A stretch of DNA of 64,000 nt. Source: an uncultured Methanosarcinaceae archaeon (GTDB lineage: Archaea; Halobacteriota; Methanosarcinia; Methanosarcinales; Methanosarcinaceae). The stretch is from the NCBI GenBank assembly GCA_963833425.1, contig CAWHXP010000020.1:1-64000 (forward strand). The letters run 5' to 3'. This document shows, piece by piece, positions 1 to 11,435 of this stretch. Position 1 is the first letter of the stretch, and every line of letters begins with the position of its first letter. The notes beneath the pieces were generated by a model that saw only the letters and a list, made by a program, of their open reading frames with translations, had not been told where the DNA came from and made no database searches. The translations under genes and the position numbers were made by a program.

Positions 1-523
1 CCCCTGGCGAGGCTCTACGAAAGCTGGAAGGGATAAACCTGAATTCTATTTCAGTGCAGAAAATCAGGGCAGATAAACCCATCTTGGCAAAAGGTGACTC
101 TGCTTCAAGTGGGGTTGTTGTAGGGAAGATCGCGTTTAGCAGTGAGAGGGCAAAGAGTTACGCTCCTGGAGAAGCTGTGATTCTTGTCCGGGAAATCGCC
201 TCTCCTGATGATCTTCTAGGAATTCACGCTTCAGTAGGCCTCCTGACATCCAGTGGCGCCAGAACTTCTCATGCAGCTGTTATAGCTCGCCAGATGGGTA
301 AAGTCTGTATTGTCAACTGCCGAGAGCTCAAACTTGAACCAGGGGGGGGGGGGGGGGGGCAGGAAATGTAAAATAGGAGGAAAAGAGTTCATGGGAAGGG
401 GACATGATAAGTCTGGATGGGACAAGCGGGGAAGTCTATGAGGGCAAAGTTGAGGTAAAGTTCGAAAAGCCTGTAGAACTGCTTAAAGTGGTGGATGCAC
501 TGAAACGAAAAAAATCTGCTTGA
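1..523 (+). pseudogene. ppdK: 3' part of a pyruvate phosphate dikinase / PEP-utilising enzyme (mobile His domain), frameshifted; truncated by window start
   Basis: Motif GLLTSSGARTSHAAVIARQMGKVCIV. The natural tail (GDMISLDGTSGEVYEG...KKSA*, TGA 521-523) is reached only via shifts at the G18 run (342-359) and an extra G near 393. Confidence 0.75.
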
Positions 524-558
524 TGATAAATTTTGTTTTCTTGAGGATTAAATTTCGA

Positions 559-646
559 GAGAAATTAGATAAAATGTCAAATTTTTAGCTAGTTATTTAT
601 AAAAAATATATAAAAAATCTCTTTTATCAGAAGTTTATCGAAATCT
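559..646. repeat. Degenerate copy of ~90-bp inverted-repeat element (MITE-like)
   Basis: Ends GAAATTAGATAAA...GTTTATCGAAATC; interior resembles the copy at 13573. Confidence 0.4.
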
Positions 647-1266
647 GCGGTATCGAGGGCAGAAACTAATAGAATAATGTGAAAAAAGAGAAGAAATGGG
701 TAATTATGAAAGAAGAAAGCAATAAGGCCGATTATAAATTTAGCCAGTTTAGGTTCGATTACCGTCAGAAGTAAGATCTTTGAGTACTTTATCAGATGGA
801 TGGGCAGCAGAAAAGTGAATAAAAAGCTTTCGAAAAAAATCTACGAAACATCCACAAAATTTTGCTTGTTGATGCTAAATGCGTCTACGACGATAAATGG
901 GAGAGACAATTGTTGGTACCAGACAGACAGAATATGTTGAGCTTTCAAAAAAAGCTGGAAAGTTGTCCAATAGAAAGACTGCAAAAACAGACTTCTTCCA
1001 CTCTAAAAACAATCCAGTTATGTAATAGGAGCAAATGAAAGTTAATTGCAATGTTCTATGTGATCTGCTGAAATTTGGACAGTGTCTTGAAATCGCTGTA
1101 AATAGAGAATCTAATTTATGTATGAGCATAAAATTTAGTTCTTCTGGAGTGAAATTTTTTACTCAACAACTTATTAAGATTTGTGATTTTATAGGATAAT
1201 GACACATTGCCATTTTTAGGTATTATGCCAATTTATCAAGAATCTCCCCTCCAAGTCGTTTATCTG

Positions 1267-1308
1267 GCTGCAGGCCTATTTCACCTACAGCTCACAAGAC
1301 TATTTTTG
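1267..1308 (+). ncRNA. Two-hairpin RNA family, degenerate core copy (A0)
   Basis: GCTGCAGG-cctatttca-CCTACAGC then tcACAAGActaTTTTTg, matching the family hairpin 2 and tail; upstream promoter not recognisable. Confidence 0.45.
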
Positions 1309-1362
1309 ATGGTTAATCCCGTTTTAATAAAAACAAGGTCTCAGTCACTTATTTTCACCGTT

Positions 1363-1590
1363 ATGGTTCGTAGGATCAGAACCACGTAATTTTAGTGCTA
1401 ATTAGTTTAAGTTAGTACTATTTAGAATATATACATAAAATATATAATAAATTATATCTAATTATAATTAAGGAATTTTTTAGTACCTTCAAACAGACTT
1501 AATTGACTGTGGCATTTCCTCCCACAGCACACAAGATAAACTTTTTGACATCTAGTAGTAGTCGATAATCTCAAGATCTTGAGGATTTCA
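1363..1590 (+). ncRNA. Promoter module + two-hairpin RNA (A1), leader of pentapeptide pseudogene
   Basis: CTAATTAG 1398, CTATTTAG 1418, TATA 1441; hairpin 1 AAGG..CCTT from 1470; hairpin 2 CTGTGG/CCACAG 1507-1527; ACAAGAT, T-tract 1542-1546; palindrome 1567-1587. Confidence 0.6.
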
Positions 1591-1624
1591 CAACAAATTC
1601 TTGGTACAGGGAAGGAGTCATGGC

Positions 1625-2071
1625 ATGTCTGACATTAAAGAAGCCAATTTTAAAGCGGATAACAGCGAAAAGGCTGACCTTAAAGGAACTAATCCCCTAG
1701 AGGCTAATCTTGAAGGTGCTAATTTTGAGGGGGTCAATCTTGAAAAGGCTCATCTTGAGGAGGCTAATCTTAAAAAACTAAACTTCAAGGAGCTAATCTT
1801 AGAGAAGCTAATCTTGAAGGTGCTAACCTTGAGGAGGCTAACCTTAAAAGAGCTAACCTTGTAGGAGTTGACCTTATAACAGCTAACCTTACATGGGCTA
1901 ACTTTGAGGGGGCTAACCTCAAAGGAGATTATCCTAAAGAAGATAACCTTACAGTGGCTCATTATTTAACATTTGACTAGTTTTCTAAAGTGAAAACCCT
2001 CCAGATACAAAATCAGGCGAATAGCTCCTAAAATCACTAACATAGAAATAATACGCCCTTTCAAACTGTAA
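1625..2071 (+). pseudogene. Pentapeptide-repeat protein, frameshifted
   Basis: A(N/D)L repeats from ATG 1625 (RBS AGGAG); A6 where the paralogue at 3405-3938 has A7 (near 1772) shifts the frame; end approximate. Confidence 0.75.
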
Positions 2072-2247
2072 TCAGGGTGTAGAATCCGGAATTTATACCT
2101 TATGGCTTTGAGTTTCTTCAAAATATATGAAAATGGAACACTTTAGTACATTATTGCAATCCAAAATAAGGGATGAAGCGGATGCCATGGCTCCGCAGAG
2201 AAAAATGAATCTGTCATTAGCAAATCAGACGGAAGGAGGAAGATAAC

Positions 2248-3231
2248 ATGATCTGCGGAGACCACGGAGAACTGTTCCAAAGGTATAAGAAAAGTCCTAT
2301 ACTTACTGCTGAAGATTGGCCGTATCAGGTACACTCAGTATTTAACCCGGCAGCTGCTATAGTTAATAGTATAACTCTATTACTGGTATGTGTCGAAGAT
2401 CACATGGGCTTTTCTCATTTTACGGTAGCCCGGAGTAAGAATGGAATTGATGGCTGGGAGATAGATAGCCAACCAACCTTTGCTCCAGATCCTATAAACT
2501 ACCCTGAAGAGATATATGGCATTGAAGATGCGCGTATAACTTACATTGATGAGATGGGAAAATGGGCCGTAGCATACACGGCTCTTTCTGATTCTGGTCA
2601 CTTAACAGCTCTTGCCTTTACAGAAGATTTCTGTAATTTTGATCGAGTAGGAGCTACCATGCCTCCTGAAAATAAAAATTCTGCTGTTTTTCCTGTAAGA
2701 TTTGATGGTATGTGGGCAATGTTACATCGGCCTGTACCTCGGATAAGTTCAAAGGCGAATATCTGGATATCCTTTTCTCAAGATATGAAGTACTGGGGAG
2801 AACATGAGGTTCTTCTGTATGCTCGGGAAGGCTGTGATGCCGACAAGATAGGTCTATCCCCCCCACCACTCCGCACTTCTGATGGATGGTTAATTATGTA
2901 CCATGGAGTACGCCAGATGACATCTAAATCCAGTTATAAAGCAAGTTATCGACTTGGATTGGCTCTTCTTGATCTTGAAAATCCCAGGAAAGTGCTTCAC
3001 AGATCTGAAGGATGGGTTTTCGGGCCTCGTGAAATGTATGAACGCAGTGGAGACGTTAATGATGTTGTTTTCCCTTGCGGGTGGGTTTTAGTGGATGATG
3101 AAATTCGCATTTATTATGGAAGTGAGGATGTTTCAGTATCAATTACCAGTGCAAAAATACACGATATCCTGGAGTGGATACGTAGGTACCCTGAGACACA
3201 ATGTCCTGATGGAATACTGCAGATGGTTTAA
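2248..3231 (+). CDS. Glycoside hydrolase family 130-like glycosidase/phosphorylase
   Basis: Motifs VFNPAA, GIEDARIT, NKNSAVFP, GWLIMYHGV, YRLGLALLDLENP, VVFPCG; RBS GGAGG. Confidence 0.85.
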   Translation: MICGDHGELFQRYKKSPILTAEDWPYQVHSVFNPAAAIVNSITLLLVCVEDHMGFSHFTVARSKNGIDGWEIDSQPTFAPDPINYPEEIYGIEDARITYIDEMGKWAVAYTALSDSGHLTALAFTEDFCNFDRVGATMPPENKNSAVFPVRFDGMWAMLHRPVPRISSKANIWISFSQDMKYWGEHEVLLYAREGCDADKIGLSPPPLRTSDGWLIMYHGVRQMTSKSSYKASYRLGLALLDLENPRKVLHRSEGWVFGPREMYERSGDVNDVVFPCGWVLVDDEIRIYYGSEDVSVSITSAKIHDILEWIRRYPETQCPDGILQMV

Positions 3232-3280
3232 AGAAAACTGGGTACTTTTCAGTGATCCAAAAAAAGGTGATACTAGATTA

Positions 3281-3371
3281 AAGGGGACTTGATAAACCTC
3301 TGATTTTCACGAGCCATTTATATACCATTCATAAGCATATGATGAAATTTAGAGTTTATCGAAATCTTCTA
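3281..3371. repeat. ~90-bp inverted-repeat element (MITE-like)
   Basis: GATAAAC...GTTTATCGAAAT termini; interior similar to the copy at 12731. Confidence 0.55.
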
Positions 3372-3404
3372 TAATCCTAGTTTCTCTAAAGATTGTTTTC
3401 TGCA

Positions 3405-3938
3405 TTAGGCTCCTAAAAGGTTGCTCTGATATTCAAGAAAATGCTGGTCTAGTGATTTAAAAAGGAACGGAAACTCTTCTTTTAGTCTTATGAGAAATTT
3501 TTCATCTAATTTTGCATTATAAAGTGTTTTCACTTTAGATAGCTGGTCAATTGATAAATTAAGAGCCTCTTTAAGGTTAGCTCCTTCAAGATCAGCTACT
3601 TGAAGGTTAGCCTTTATGAGGTTAGTTCCTTTAAGATTAGCTCCTTTGAGGTTAGCCCCCTCAAAGTTAGCCCACGTAAGGTTAGCTGTTATAAGGTCAA
3701 CTCCTACAAGGTTAGCTCTTTTAAGGTTAGCCTCCTCAAGGTTAGCACCTTCAAGATTAGCTTCTCTAAGATTAGCTCCTTGAAGTTTAGTTTTTTTAAG
3801 ATTAGCCTCCTCAAGGTTAGCCCATGCAAGGTTAGCCGTTATAAGATCAACCCCAACAAGGTTAGCTCTTTTAAGGTTAGCTTCTTGAAGGTTAGTTTCC
3901 TTAAAGTCGAATATGCCATAATCCCTTCCCTTTATCAC
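3405..3938 (-). CDS. Pentapeptide-repeat protein
   Basis: Continuous ANL/ADL pentapeptide repeats; C-terminal LSKVKTL cap shared with 22561-23082. Confidence 0.85.
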   Translation of the reverse strand: MIKGRDYGIFDFKETNLQEANLKRANLVGVDLITANLAWANLEEANLKKTKLQGANLREANLEGANLEEANLKRANLVGVDLITANLTWANFEGANLKGANLKGTNLIKANLQVADLEGANLKEALNLSIDQLSKVKTLYNAKLDEKFLIRLKEEFPFLFKSLDQHFLEYQSNLLGA

Positions 3939-3953
3939 GATATTTTTTAGTTT

Positions 3954-4397
3954 TTACTTCTTCAGCGGGATGTACCCAACTTTACTCACAATAGCCTGCC
4001 CTTTCTGGCTCAACTCAAAGTTCATGAATTCTTTTGTGAGTCCCGATGGTTCCCCATTTGTATAGATCTGGAGTGTTCTGGAGAGGGGGTATTCACCACT
4101 TAGAATAGTTTTCTGAGTTGGCAATACAGAGCCTTTTTCGTTATCCAGGCTTAAGACCTTTATGTCTTTATTGACGTATGCAAAGCCAATGTACCCGATT
4201 GCGTTGGGGTTTTGAGTTACTTCACTGACTATTCCACCAGTAGTAGCTTGGGTAAGCACATCAGGTCGGTATTCATTAAATCCAACATCTTTCTTGAAGT
4301 CTGCATAAGTTCCAGAACTACTGTCCCTAGAAATTATGGCTATTGATTTGTCTTCACCACCAACTTGCTTTCAGTTACTGATACTACCATCATAGAA
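3954..4397 (-). pseudogene. pstS: C-terminal remnant of phosphate-binding protein PstS
   Basis: ISN*KQVGG (TGG to TGA), SRDSSSGT, NAIGYIG, GEYPLSRTL; N-terminal half absent. Confidence 0.8.
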
Positions 4398-4757
4398 TCC
4401 ATAAAATCCATTAAGAAATTTGCCTTCTCATTTTTAAGTTCGATCTTTAATATGAAAATGTAAAGGGATTAAGAACTTGTCAAAATGATAGATGATTAAG
4501 TTTTTTGGGAATTAGGCATTGTATCAGTTTTTCTACAATATGATGGACCCAAAGCAGTTACTAGAAAATAAATTTCATCTTCTGAAAACCAATTAAAGTA
4601 TAGTATGCAAAATTTGACTTCCAATATTCAAAACTATATAGGGGAAAAAATTAAAATCGAAAAAAAAGTTATCAGATAAGTTGAAAGGTTCTATCTGTCT
4701 TGACTTTAGGCTCTTTATTCAAAATACACATTTACCATTTTTTCCTATTTTTATCTA

Positions 4758-5117
4758 TTATCTATGTTTACCCTCTTGTTGACTGTTGACTTGGTTTTCA
4801 ATTTCGGTATGGATTTTTGTATATTCGGTTTGTAAGCTGTTGTACTCACTGAGCATTATTTCAAGCTCCAGCTTTATTAATTTGGCTCTTGCTTTTTTTA
4901 TTAAAGTTTTGTCTTCTGCTATAATTTTGAAATTTTTGATATCACTTACGTATTTTTTTATTTCATCTTTTGCCAGAAGTTTATTTTCTTTCGCTTCTTT
5001 TAACATATCCATTTTAATATCTTTTATGCTATTTGCTTTTTTTACGATCTCCTCTAGTTTTTCAAGGTTTGTCTTAAGCTTATTGATTTCTTCTGATGTC
5101 TCTGTGTCTTCAGCCAT
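4758..5117 (-). CDS. Hypothetical coiled-coil protein
   Basis: 119-aa K/E-rich ORF, purine-rich RBS AGGGGG upstream. Confidence 0.55.
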   Translation of the reverse strand: MAEDTETSEEINKLKTNLEKLEEIVKKANSIKDIKMDMLKEAKENKLLAKDEIKKYVSDIKNFKIIAEDKTLIKKARAKLIKLELEIMLSEYNSLQTEYTKIHTEIENQVNSQQEGKHR

Positions 5118-5393
5118 CTTAGCCCCCTTAAATTGTTGTATTCGTAGAATTTTTTATATATTATATAATATAAAGTAGTTAATGTTCTAAATATAAGTAA
5201 TTAAGGATAGAAGTAAATTAATATAATTAAGGTCATCGAAAATATAAAGGTTATATTGAATCAACAATAAAAATAATTCATTTTACATCCAATTTTCCTC
5301 GGAACGAGGAAAAATTGTGTAGCTACTCACAAAATGACCTAAATCGTTATACTAATAATCATATTTTGTGTGTTAGAACATTATGGGGGAAAT

Positions 5394-7227
5394 ATGGAAA
5401 TCGAATCAAAGTTTCTGGTATTAGGCTAAACAGATATTCCAGACCTTGAAGCGCTATCTCAACTGAGAGATTATTCGATTTCCAAAGCTGCAGTACAGCT
5501 GATAGAAGATACATTCCTGGACACAAAAAAAATGTCTTTAATGGCTGAGGGTTATTATCTGCGACTACGAAAAGAGATCGGACAAGAAGGACAGTGGTTG
5601 ACCATCAAGAGCCTGGGTGGGTTTGAAGCTGGAGTGCACAGAAGAGAAGAATATACTAGTTTTCTACCAAAAGAGGTTTCTGCCTTTGAATGTCCAGATA
5701 TCAGGATAAAGGAACTAATTTTCGACCTTAGTTCAGGATTTGACTTGTTGCCATTCCTGAAACTTAAACAAAAAAGGGTTTTACACCAGGTGAAACTGGG
5801 CGAAAGACAAATAGCCGAATTATCTTTGGATCATGTGAGCCTTAAAAGCGAAAAAAGGGAAAAGCTCTACAACGAACTTGAAGTTGAACTGAAGACGGAA
5901 GGGACATCTCAAGATTTGCAGGCTATTGTGGAATACCTAATTGAAAATTACAACCTTGCAGAAAATCCCCTTTCCAAATTCGAAAGAGCTCTTCTCTTCA
6001 AAGATAATCTACCGGAAAAAAAACCATTTTAAGCTTCAAGGAAAGAGCTTTTTGTATGCAGCTTTCAGACCAAGAAAAGAAAGTGAATTATGGGAATACC
6101 TTTTTGGCACAAAACTCTTCTTCAAACATGGAGAAAAAATTGATGAAGTTTGGTTAATTGAAAAAAGGCCAGAAGAATTTGGTGAAATAACTGAACAAAA
6201 GAATGAAAGTAAAAAAGAGAAAGGAGATCTAAAATTTGCAGTTAGACCCGAACACTCTATGACTATGGTAGCTCATAAGGTTTTTTCCCAGCAGTTTGCC
6301 AGAATGCTTGCACATGAGAAAGGGACTCGGAAGGGAGAAAATATAGAAGAACTTCACGATATGAGGGTTGCGATCCGCAGGATGAGGGCTGCTGCAAAGA
6401 TCTTTGAAGTATATATTGATTCAGAAAAGCTTGGACCTCACCTGAAAGAACTCAGAAGTACCCTTGGAGAACTCCGGGATGTAAGGGATTTGGATGTTTT
6501 TCGGGAAAAAGCTGAAGAGTATCTAAAAAAACTTCCCACTGAGAACAAAAATGATCTTGAACCCCTATTTACTGTTCTTGCCGAAGAGAGGAAAAAAGCT
6601 CTGAAAAACATGCTTCTCTACATGGACAGTGAAAAATACGCTAATTTCAAAAAAAAGTTCTCAGATTTTCTTTCTGTTTCCGAATACTGGGCTCTGCCAA
6701 CTACAACCAGAAAAAACGACGCACTGCCACATCGAATTAAGGATGTGCTTCCTTCGATCTTATATTCCAGTTTCGCAGACATCAGTGCCTATTCTGAATG
6801 GGTAGAAGGACCATATGTCTCTGTAGAGAGACTGCATAGACTGAGGATTGCAGCCAAAGGACTGCGATATACACTTGAGTTCTTTGAAGACACGTTAGGA
6901 AAAGAAGCAGAAACAATGATCACCGAATTTAAAATTCTTCAGGATCATCTTGGAGATATACAAGACAATGTTGTTGCAATTGATTTGTTGAGATCTTATC
7001 TACAGACAGGAGATTGGGACCTTTCAGAAAGGCTGCAGTATTCCGGAGAAAAGAAAATTCCCGAATTCCTGAAAGGAGTAGAAGCCTACAAGACATATAG
7101 GGAAGAAGAACTCCACACACTACTCGATACTTTCCTAGAAGCCTGGATAAAAATCCAGAGCGAGGAGTTCATACAGAAAATTGAAAGCGCAATCAAAAAC
7201 CTGTATAAAGAGCCAATATTCTTATAA
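5394..7227 (+). pseudogene. CYTH-CHAD (triphosphate tunnel / polyphosphate-binding) protein, disrupted
   Basis: MEIESKF CYTH start at 5394 in frame with 5532 but with TAA at 5427; ELEVELK motif; frameshift near 6020; CHAD motifs LHDMRVAIRRMR, LHRLRIAAKGLRY, LQDHLG. Confidence 0.8.
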
Positions 7228-7594
7228 GGGAAAGCAGGGGCCATTTATAGTCCTCACACTAAAAGTGAACACTTGATAAAATGAAGAAAATGTGGTTATG
7301 GGAACGCACAATATTATTTCATTAATTGTAACTATTCGGGTAGCTTGTGAGTGAATAATTTTTATTGCTGAATTACTGACAAACATATTCGTGACATGAA
7401 GATACTTACTCATGAATTATTTGCATGGACGAAAAGAAGAAGTGACAACGAAAAAAAATAAACTGGAAATTTATGAGGAAGAATGTAATGAGAAAATTCT
7501 CCAGTATTAATGTTGAAGAATTGAATTGCTAGCACACTGGTAATGATGATTAAAATGGGAAGTTATATCTCTAACAAATTTCTTTTACTTTTCC

Positions 7595-8119
7595 ATGTAC
7601 ACAGAAGAATGGAAAAAAATCAAAACAAAGGTACCTGGAGACCTTTGGGAAAAAGTAGAAGATTTGGGTTTTGATAGTCCTAATACAGCAGTTATTACCG
7701 CCTTAGAAAAGCTAATATGTGAGCCCGAATTAAAACGTTCTGGGAAAGAACAGGAAATCAAGATACAAGAATTGGGAAATCTACTTGAGGAAAAACAAAA
7801 GCGAATTCGAGAATTACAAAGAGAGCTTGAAATAAAAGTGGGCTCCGAGAAAGAACAGGAAATTAAGATACAAGAACTGGGAAATCGGCTTGAGGAAGAA
7901 CAAAAGCGTACTCGAGAATTACAAAGAGAGCTTGAAATAAAAATGGAAGAGACACAGAAGCAAATCAAAGACTTTGAAAAAAATATTGAGAAAGCGGAGA
8001 GGAGGGAAATATATCTTGAAGAAATTCACAATAATTACATGCTCCAGGTTCAAACCTTGATTAAGCAAAAACAGATTTCAGCGCCTGGAGAAAAGAAACC
8101 ATGGTGGAGATTCTGGTAA
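7595..8119 (+). CDS. Coiled-coil protein with internal 35-aa duplication and C-terminal KKPWWRFW
   Basis: 105-bp-period tandem repeat ~7744-7944; basic/aromatic tail. Confidence 0.75.
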   Translation: MYTEEWKKIKTKVPGDLWEKVEDLGFDSPNTAVITALEKLICEPELKRSGKEQEIKIQELGNLLEEKQKRIRELQRELEIKVGSEKEQEIKIQELGNRLEEEQKRTRELQRELEIKMEETQKQIKDFEKNIEKAERREIYLEEIHNNYMLQVQTLIKQKQISAPGEKKPWWRFW

Positions 8120-8158
8120 AATCTGGAAGGTCTATTTTTTAAATCGGTATTTTGAAGC

Positions 8159-9636
8159 ATGAACTATCACTCAGCTGAAGACTAAGCGACTCTTGGTTAA
8201 TTCCTTTCTCTTTCGAGAACAATTCTCCATGCCCATCCTCCGCATTCCACAGGTGTTAGATTACAATTAAATAGTGATCAATTATAGAAAATTCTTTGAT
8301 ATTAATTGCAGTAGTAATGTGTCTATTATGTTTGGTCTGGCAATCAGGACAATTTCATTCTCTGTCTTTTAGCGTTAGCTCATAGTTATGATACCCACAA
8401 ACATGAAAGATCTTAGATGATGGTTCAAATTTACCTATCATAAGAATGTTTTTTCCTGCTCATTCTGATATATATTCGAATTTTGTTACAAAACTACTCC
8501 ACGCCGAATTACATATAACCTGTGCTAAATGATGATTCTTAATATGCCTTTAACATTCAGAGTTTCAATAGCTATTGCTTAGTTTTCGCTAAAAAATTTA
8601 AAGGATAATTTGTATTGAAAATCATTTCTCTGATTTGTTATTTTCTGATGAAGTACAGCAAGTTTTTATTTGATTTTTTATCCTTTTTATAACAGTTCTG
8701 CTTTTGACTAACTCTTTTAAGGGTACTTAAAGCCTCTTCAAATAGTTTTTCAAGTGCGTAGGATTTTCAATTTTTTCTCCAGTTGATATAACAGCAAAAT
8801 CTTTTTTCCCAGCGTCTACCCCGGTAGTCGTGGATTTCGAAAACATAGTTTAACTGAATTTCTCTTCCATCGTCCACTAAAATGTTGATGTAGTAATCTC
8901 CGGTGCGAGACTTTGAAATAGTAGCGGTTTTAATCCCCATTCAAATATTTTATAAAGAACTTCTATGATTTCTCCAATTTTAGGAAGCTTAAAAGTATAG
9001 TTTTCAAAATCCATATTGTAGTGTTGTGGTATCGGAAATGACCGAATCGAGTTCTTCTTTGATTTGATTTTAAGAAAATCATTTTTTTTCTCGAAAAAAT
9101 CTATTGAATATAGATTCTATATGTTTAATCATGCCCTGAAATAATTGAGAATTGACTTCTCCCAAACACATATTTTGCTTTTCTAGATTCGAAATTAGTT
9201 TGTTTAAGTCAAACATAGAAATTGATTTCCAGATTTGCTCATATGTTTCTATTTTCTGATCAAAAGCCGATTATAAACAAACCTACAACTATCTATATGT
9301 TGACTAAGTTGATTCAATTTATCAATTGTTGGATATAGCCGAAATTTGAATTTTTTCAGACAAGAACCACATCCATATACCCTTTAAGAACATACCAAAG
9401 TCAGCACTCTTACGATCATTCGAGAACTGAAACCAGAGACAACAATTAGGCTATGGAAAACTCAAAAAGAATAATTGAAAAATACTATTGGAAAGAACAT
9501 ACACTATGAAATGATGGATATTTCACATATTCTATCGACAATGGTAGCAAAGAAGCAGCCGAAAATTGCATGATGAATCAGAGTTAAAGTTGACACTTAC
9601 CTCCACTAAGCTAAAGATCCAATGATTTTATGCTTT
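8159..9636 (-). mobile_element. Heavily degraded IS200/IS605 element (tnpB remnant on -, tnpA remnant on +)
   Basis: Minus-strand fragments read as TnpB (KFKFRLYPT, GVDAG..DFAV, AIETLNVKG); TnpA-like RLWKT..KYYWKEHT near 9448-9510; end-like sequences at 8159-8200 and 9590-9636. Confidence 0.7.
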
Positions 9637-9759
9637 GCCATATAAAAAAAATAGGATAAGTACCCAACTTTGAAAATTTATATAAAACCTAAAAGATTTT
9701 ATTTTATTAAACTACGAATTAATTGCACATTTTAAATCAATTCGAGGGGAAAAGGTATT

Positions 9760-10400
9760 AATAAAAACAGGAGAAAAAAATTTTATCTGAAGGAACGGGA
9801 GCTCATTATAGAAAGCATGCCGGGAAATTTGTGATCGAACTAGAACTCGATAACCTAGAGCAACTTAGCAATTCTTTTGACCCTGCTCTATTTCATGAAA
9901 AAGAGCTGAATCCAGATGCATAAGAATACATTTACAATGCTGTGGATGAATTTCCCTTAAAAAAACCTCTTGAAATAATGATATATCTTCCTCCTAACGA
10001 AGTCAGTACAGAAATCGAAGTTAACCTCACAAGAGCTATACGGAATCACTTCTCTTATAAGAATCTCCTTACTGAAATCGAACTAAGAAGAATTCTTTAT
10101 CAAGGAAAAACAAACTTTCTAATAGCTCTTATTTTTCTTTTTTTGTGTCTTCTTACAATTCGACTGTTTTCGAACTTTGAAGAAAGTTTGATGAAATCTC
10201 TTTTCTCCGAGGGGCTCCTTATAATGGGCTGGCTTGCCATGTGGGAGCCAATAAATACTTTGTTATACGGTTGGTGGCCTATTGTCCACAAATGCAATAT
10301 ATATCACAAAATAATTGAGATGGATATATCAATAAGAACGGCCTCTCAAGCAGGAGAAGATACTTTTTATTACAGTTTTACTCAAAAGAAAGAATTATGA
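9760..10400 (+). pseudogene. Conserved hypothetical two-TM membrane protein with internal stop
   Basis: Upstream in-frame FVIELELDNLEQL..SFDPA..EKELNPDA*EYIYNAV joins ORF 9942-10400; start approximate. Confidence 0.55.
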
Positions 10401-10479
10401 GATCTTTAGGACATAGGATTTATGCGGTTTAACTAAGAATCAACAGTGGTAAATATTTAACTTCCCAAGATAAAAAAAG

Positions 10480-10780
10480 TATTTCACCATGGGATCTTTG
10501 GAACAAGATTAGTAGACAGTTAAGACTCCCAGTTCTGGATGATCTTTTCGATTATATGAAAGAAAGAGGTTTAAAGCTTTCTAAAGTTAATCGTTCTAAT
10601 AAGTACAAAAGGAAGGGGACAGAAAGTAATCAGTAAATTTTTTTATTAAATCAAGCTGAAAGATGTGTTATGTCCATTTGATAAAACAAGTGCTCAGGAA
10701 AGTGCAAAAAAAAGTAAAAAATGGTTGAGAAGTTCAAAAAGCATTTGTGGATCGTCATAAAATATATAACTCGATTAGGG
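10480..10780 (+). mobile_element. IS256-like transposase remnant
   Basis: Broken fragments KERGLK and MCYVHLIKQVLRKV resemble IS256 transposase motifs. Confidence 0.4.
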
Positions 10781-11106
10781 AATTGGTGAAATTTTATTAA
10801 GCATCTGAACCTAGTTGGTGAAGTACCAAATAATGCTAAAATAATAAAGATGGCCTTGATGACGAATCAGTGAAGTACCATATTTTGTCATACTTCATAT
10901 AAATTGAGTTTATTGAGGTTTATATATAAAATTAGATGAATTCTCTGTTTTTGCGGTTTTTTGATGGACTTTGCGAAACTAAGTAATTTGTATATGGAGG
11001 ATAATATACAAATTTTTAATACTGTCCCAACATCGATATATTTTTTTAATTACATTGGTGGAACCATCTTTTATAATTCCTGTTCCCATCTTCTAAGGAC
11101 TAATTA

Positions 11107-11390
11107 CTAAATAGTTCATAATAGAAATAAATAAAGACTATACAAAAGGTATATAATAAAATAAATCTAACAATAAATTAAAGGTTCTTAAATACCTTTA
11201 CACAGAACTCTATGAGCTGCAGGTATATCTTTCCATGCTTTTTCAATGCAGTTCATAAGATTAACGTTTGGATATCTACCATCGTTGATGAGCACACTAT
11301 TTTGAGGATTTCACAAAGACAGCAACTGTAATATCTCCAAATAGATCTTCGAGGGTAGGTATGGAAAAGCCTGTATTCAGGATCATGAAA
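11107..11390 (+). ncRNA. Promoter module + two-hairpin RNA (A2), leader of response regulator gene
   Basis: CTAAATAG 11107, TATA 11150; AAAGGT/ACCTTT 11180-11199; GAGCTGCA/TGCAGTTC 11214-11254; downstream GAGGATTTCACA and CCTGTATTCAGG shared with A3. Confidence 0.55.
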
Positions 11391-11435
11391 AAATTTTCAA
11401 TCGAATCTTTAAAATATAGCTAGGAAGGAAATTTC

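Noticed and set aside
3600..3950. KVS/KIS-repeat ORFs (also 1750-1962 and 22534-22974)
   Set aside because: Antisense shadows of pentapeptide-repeat genes.
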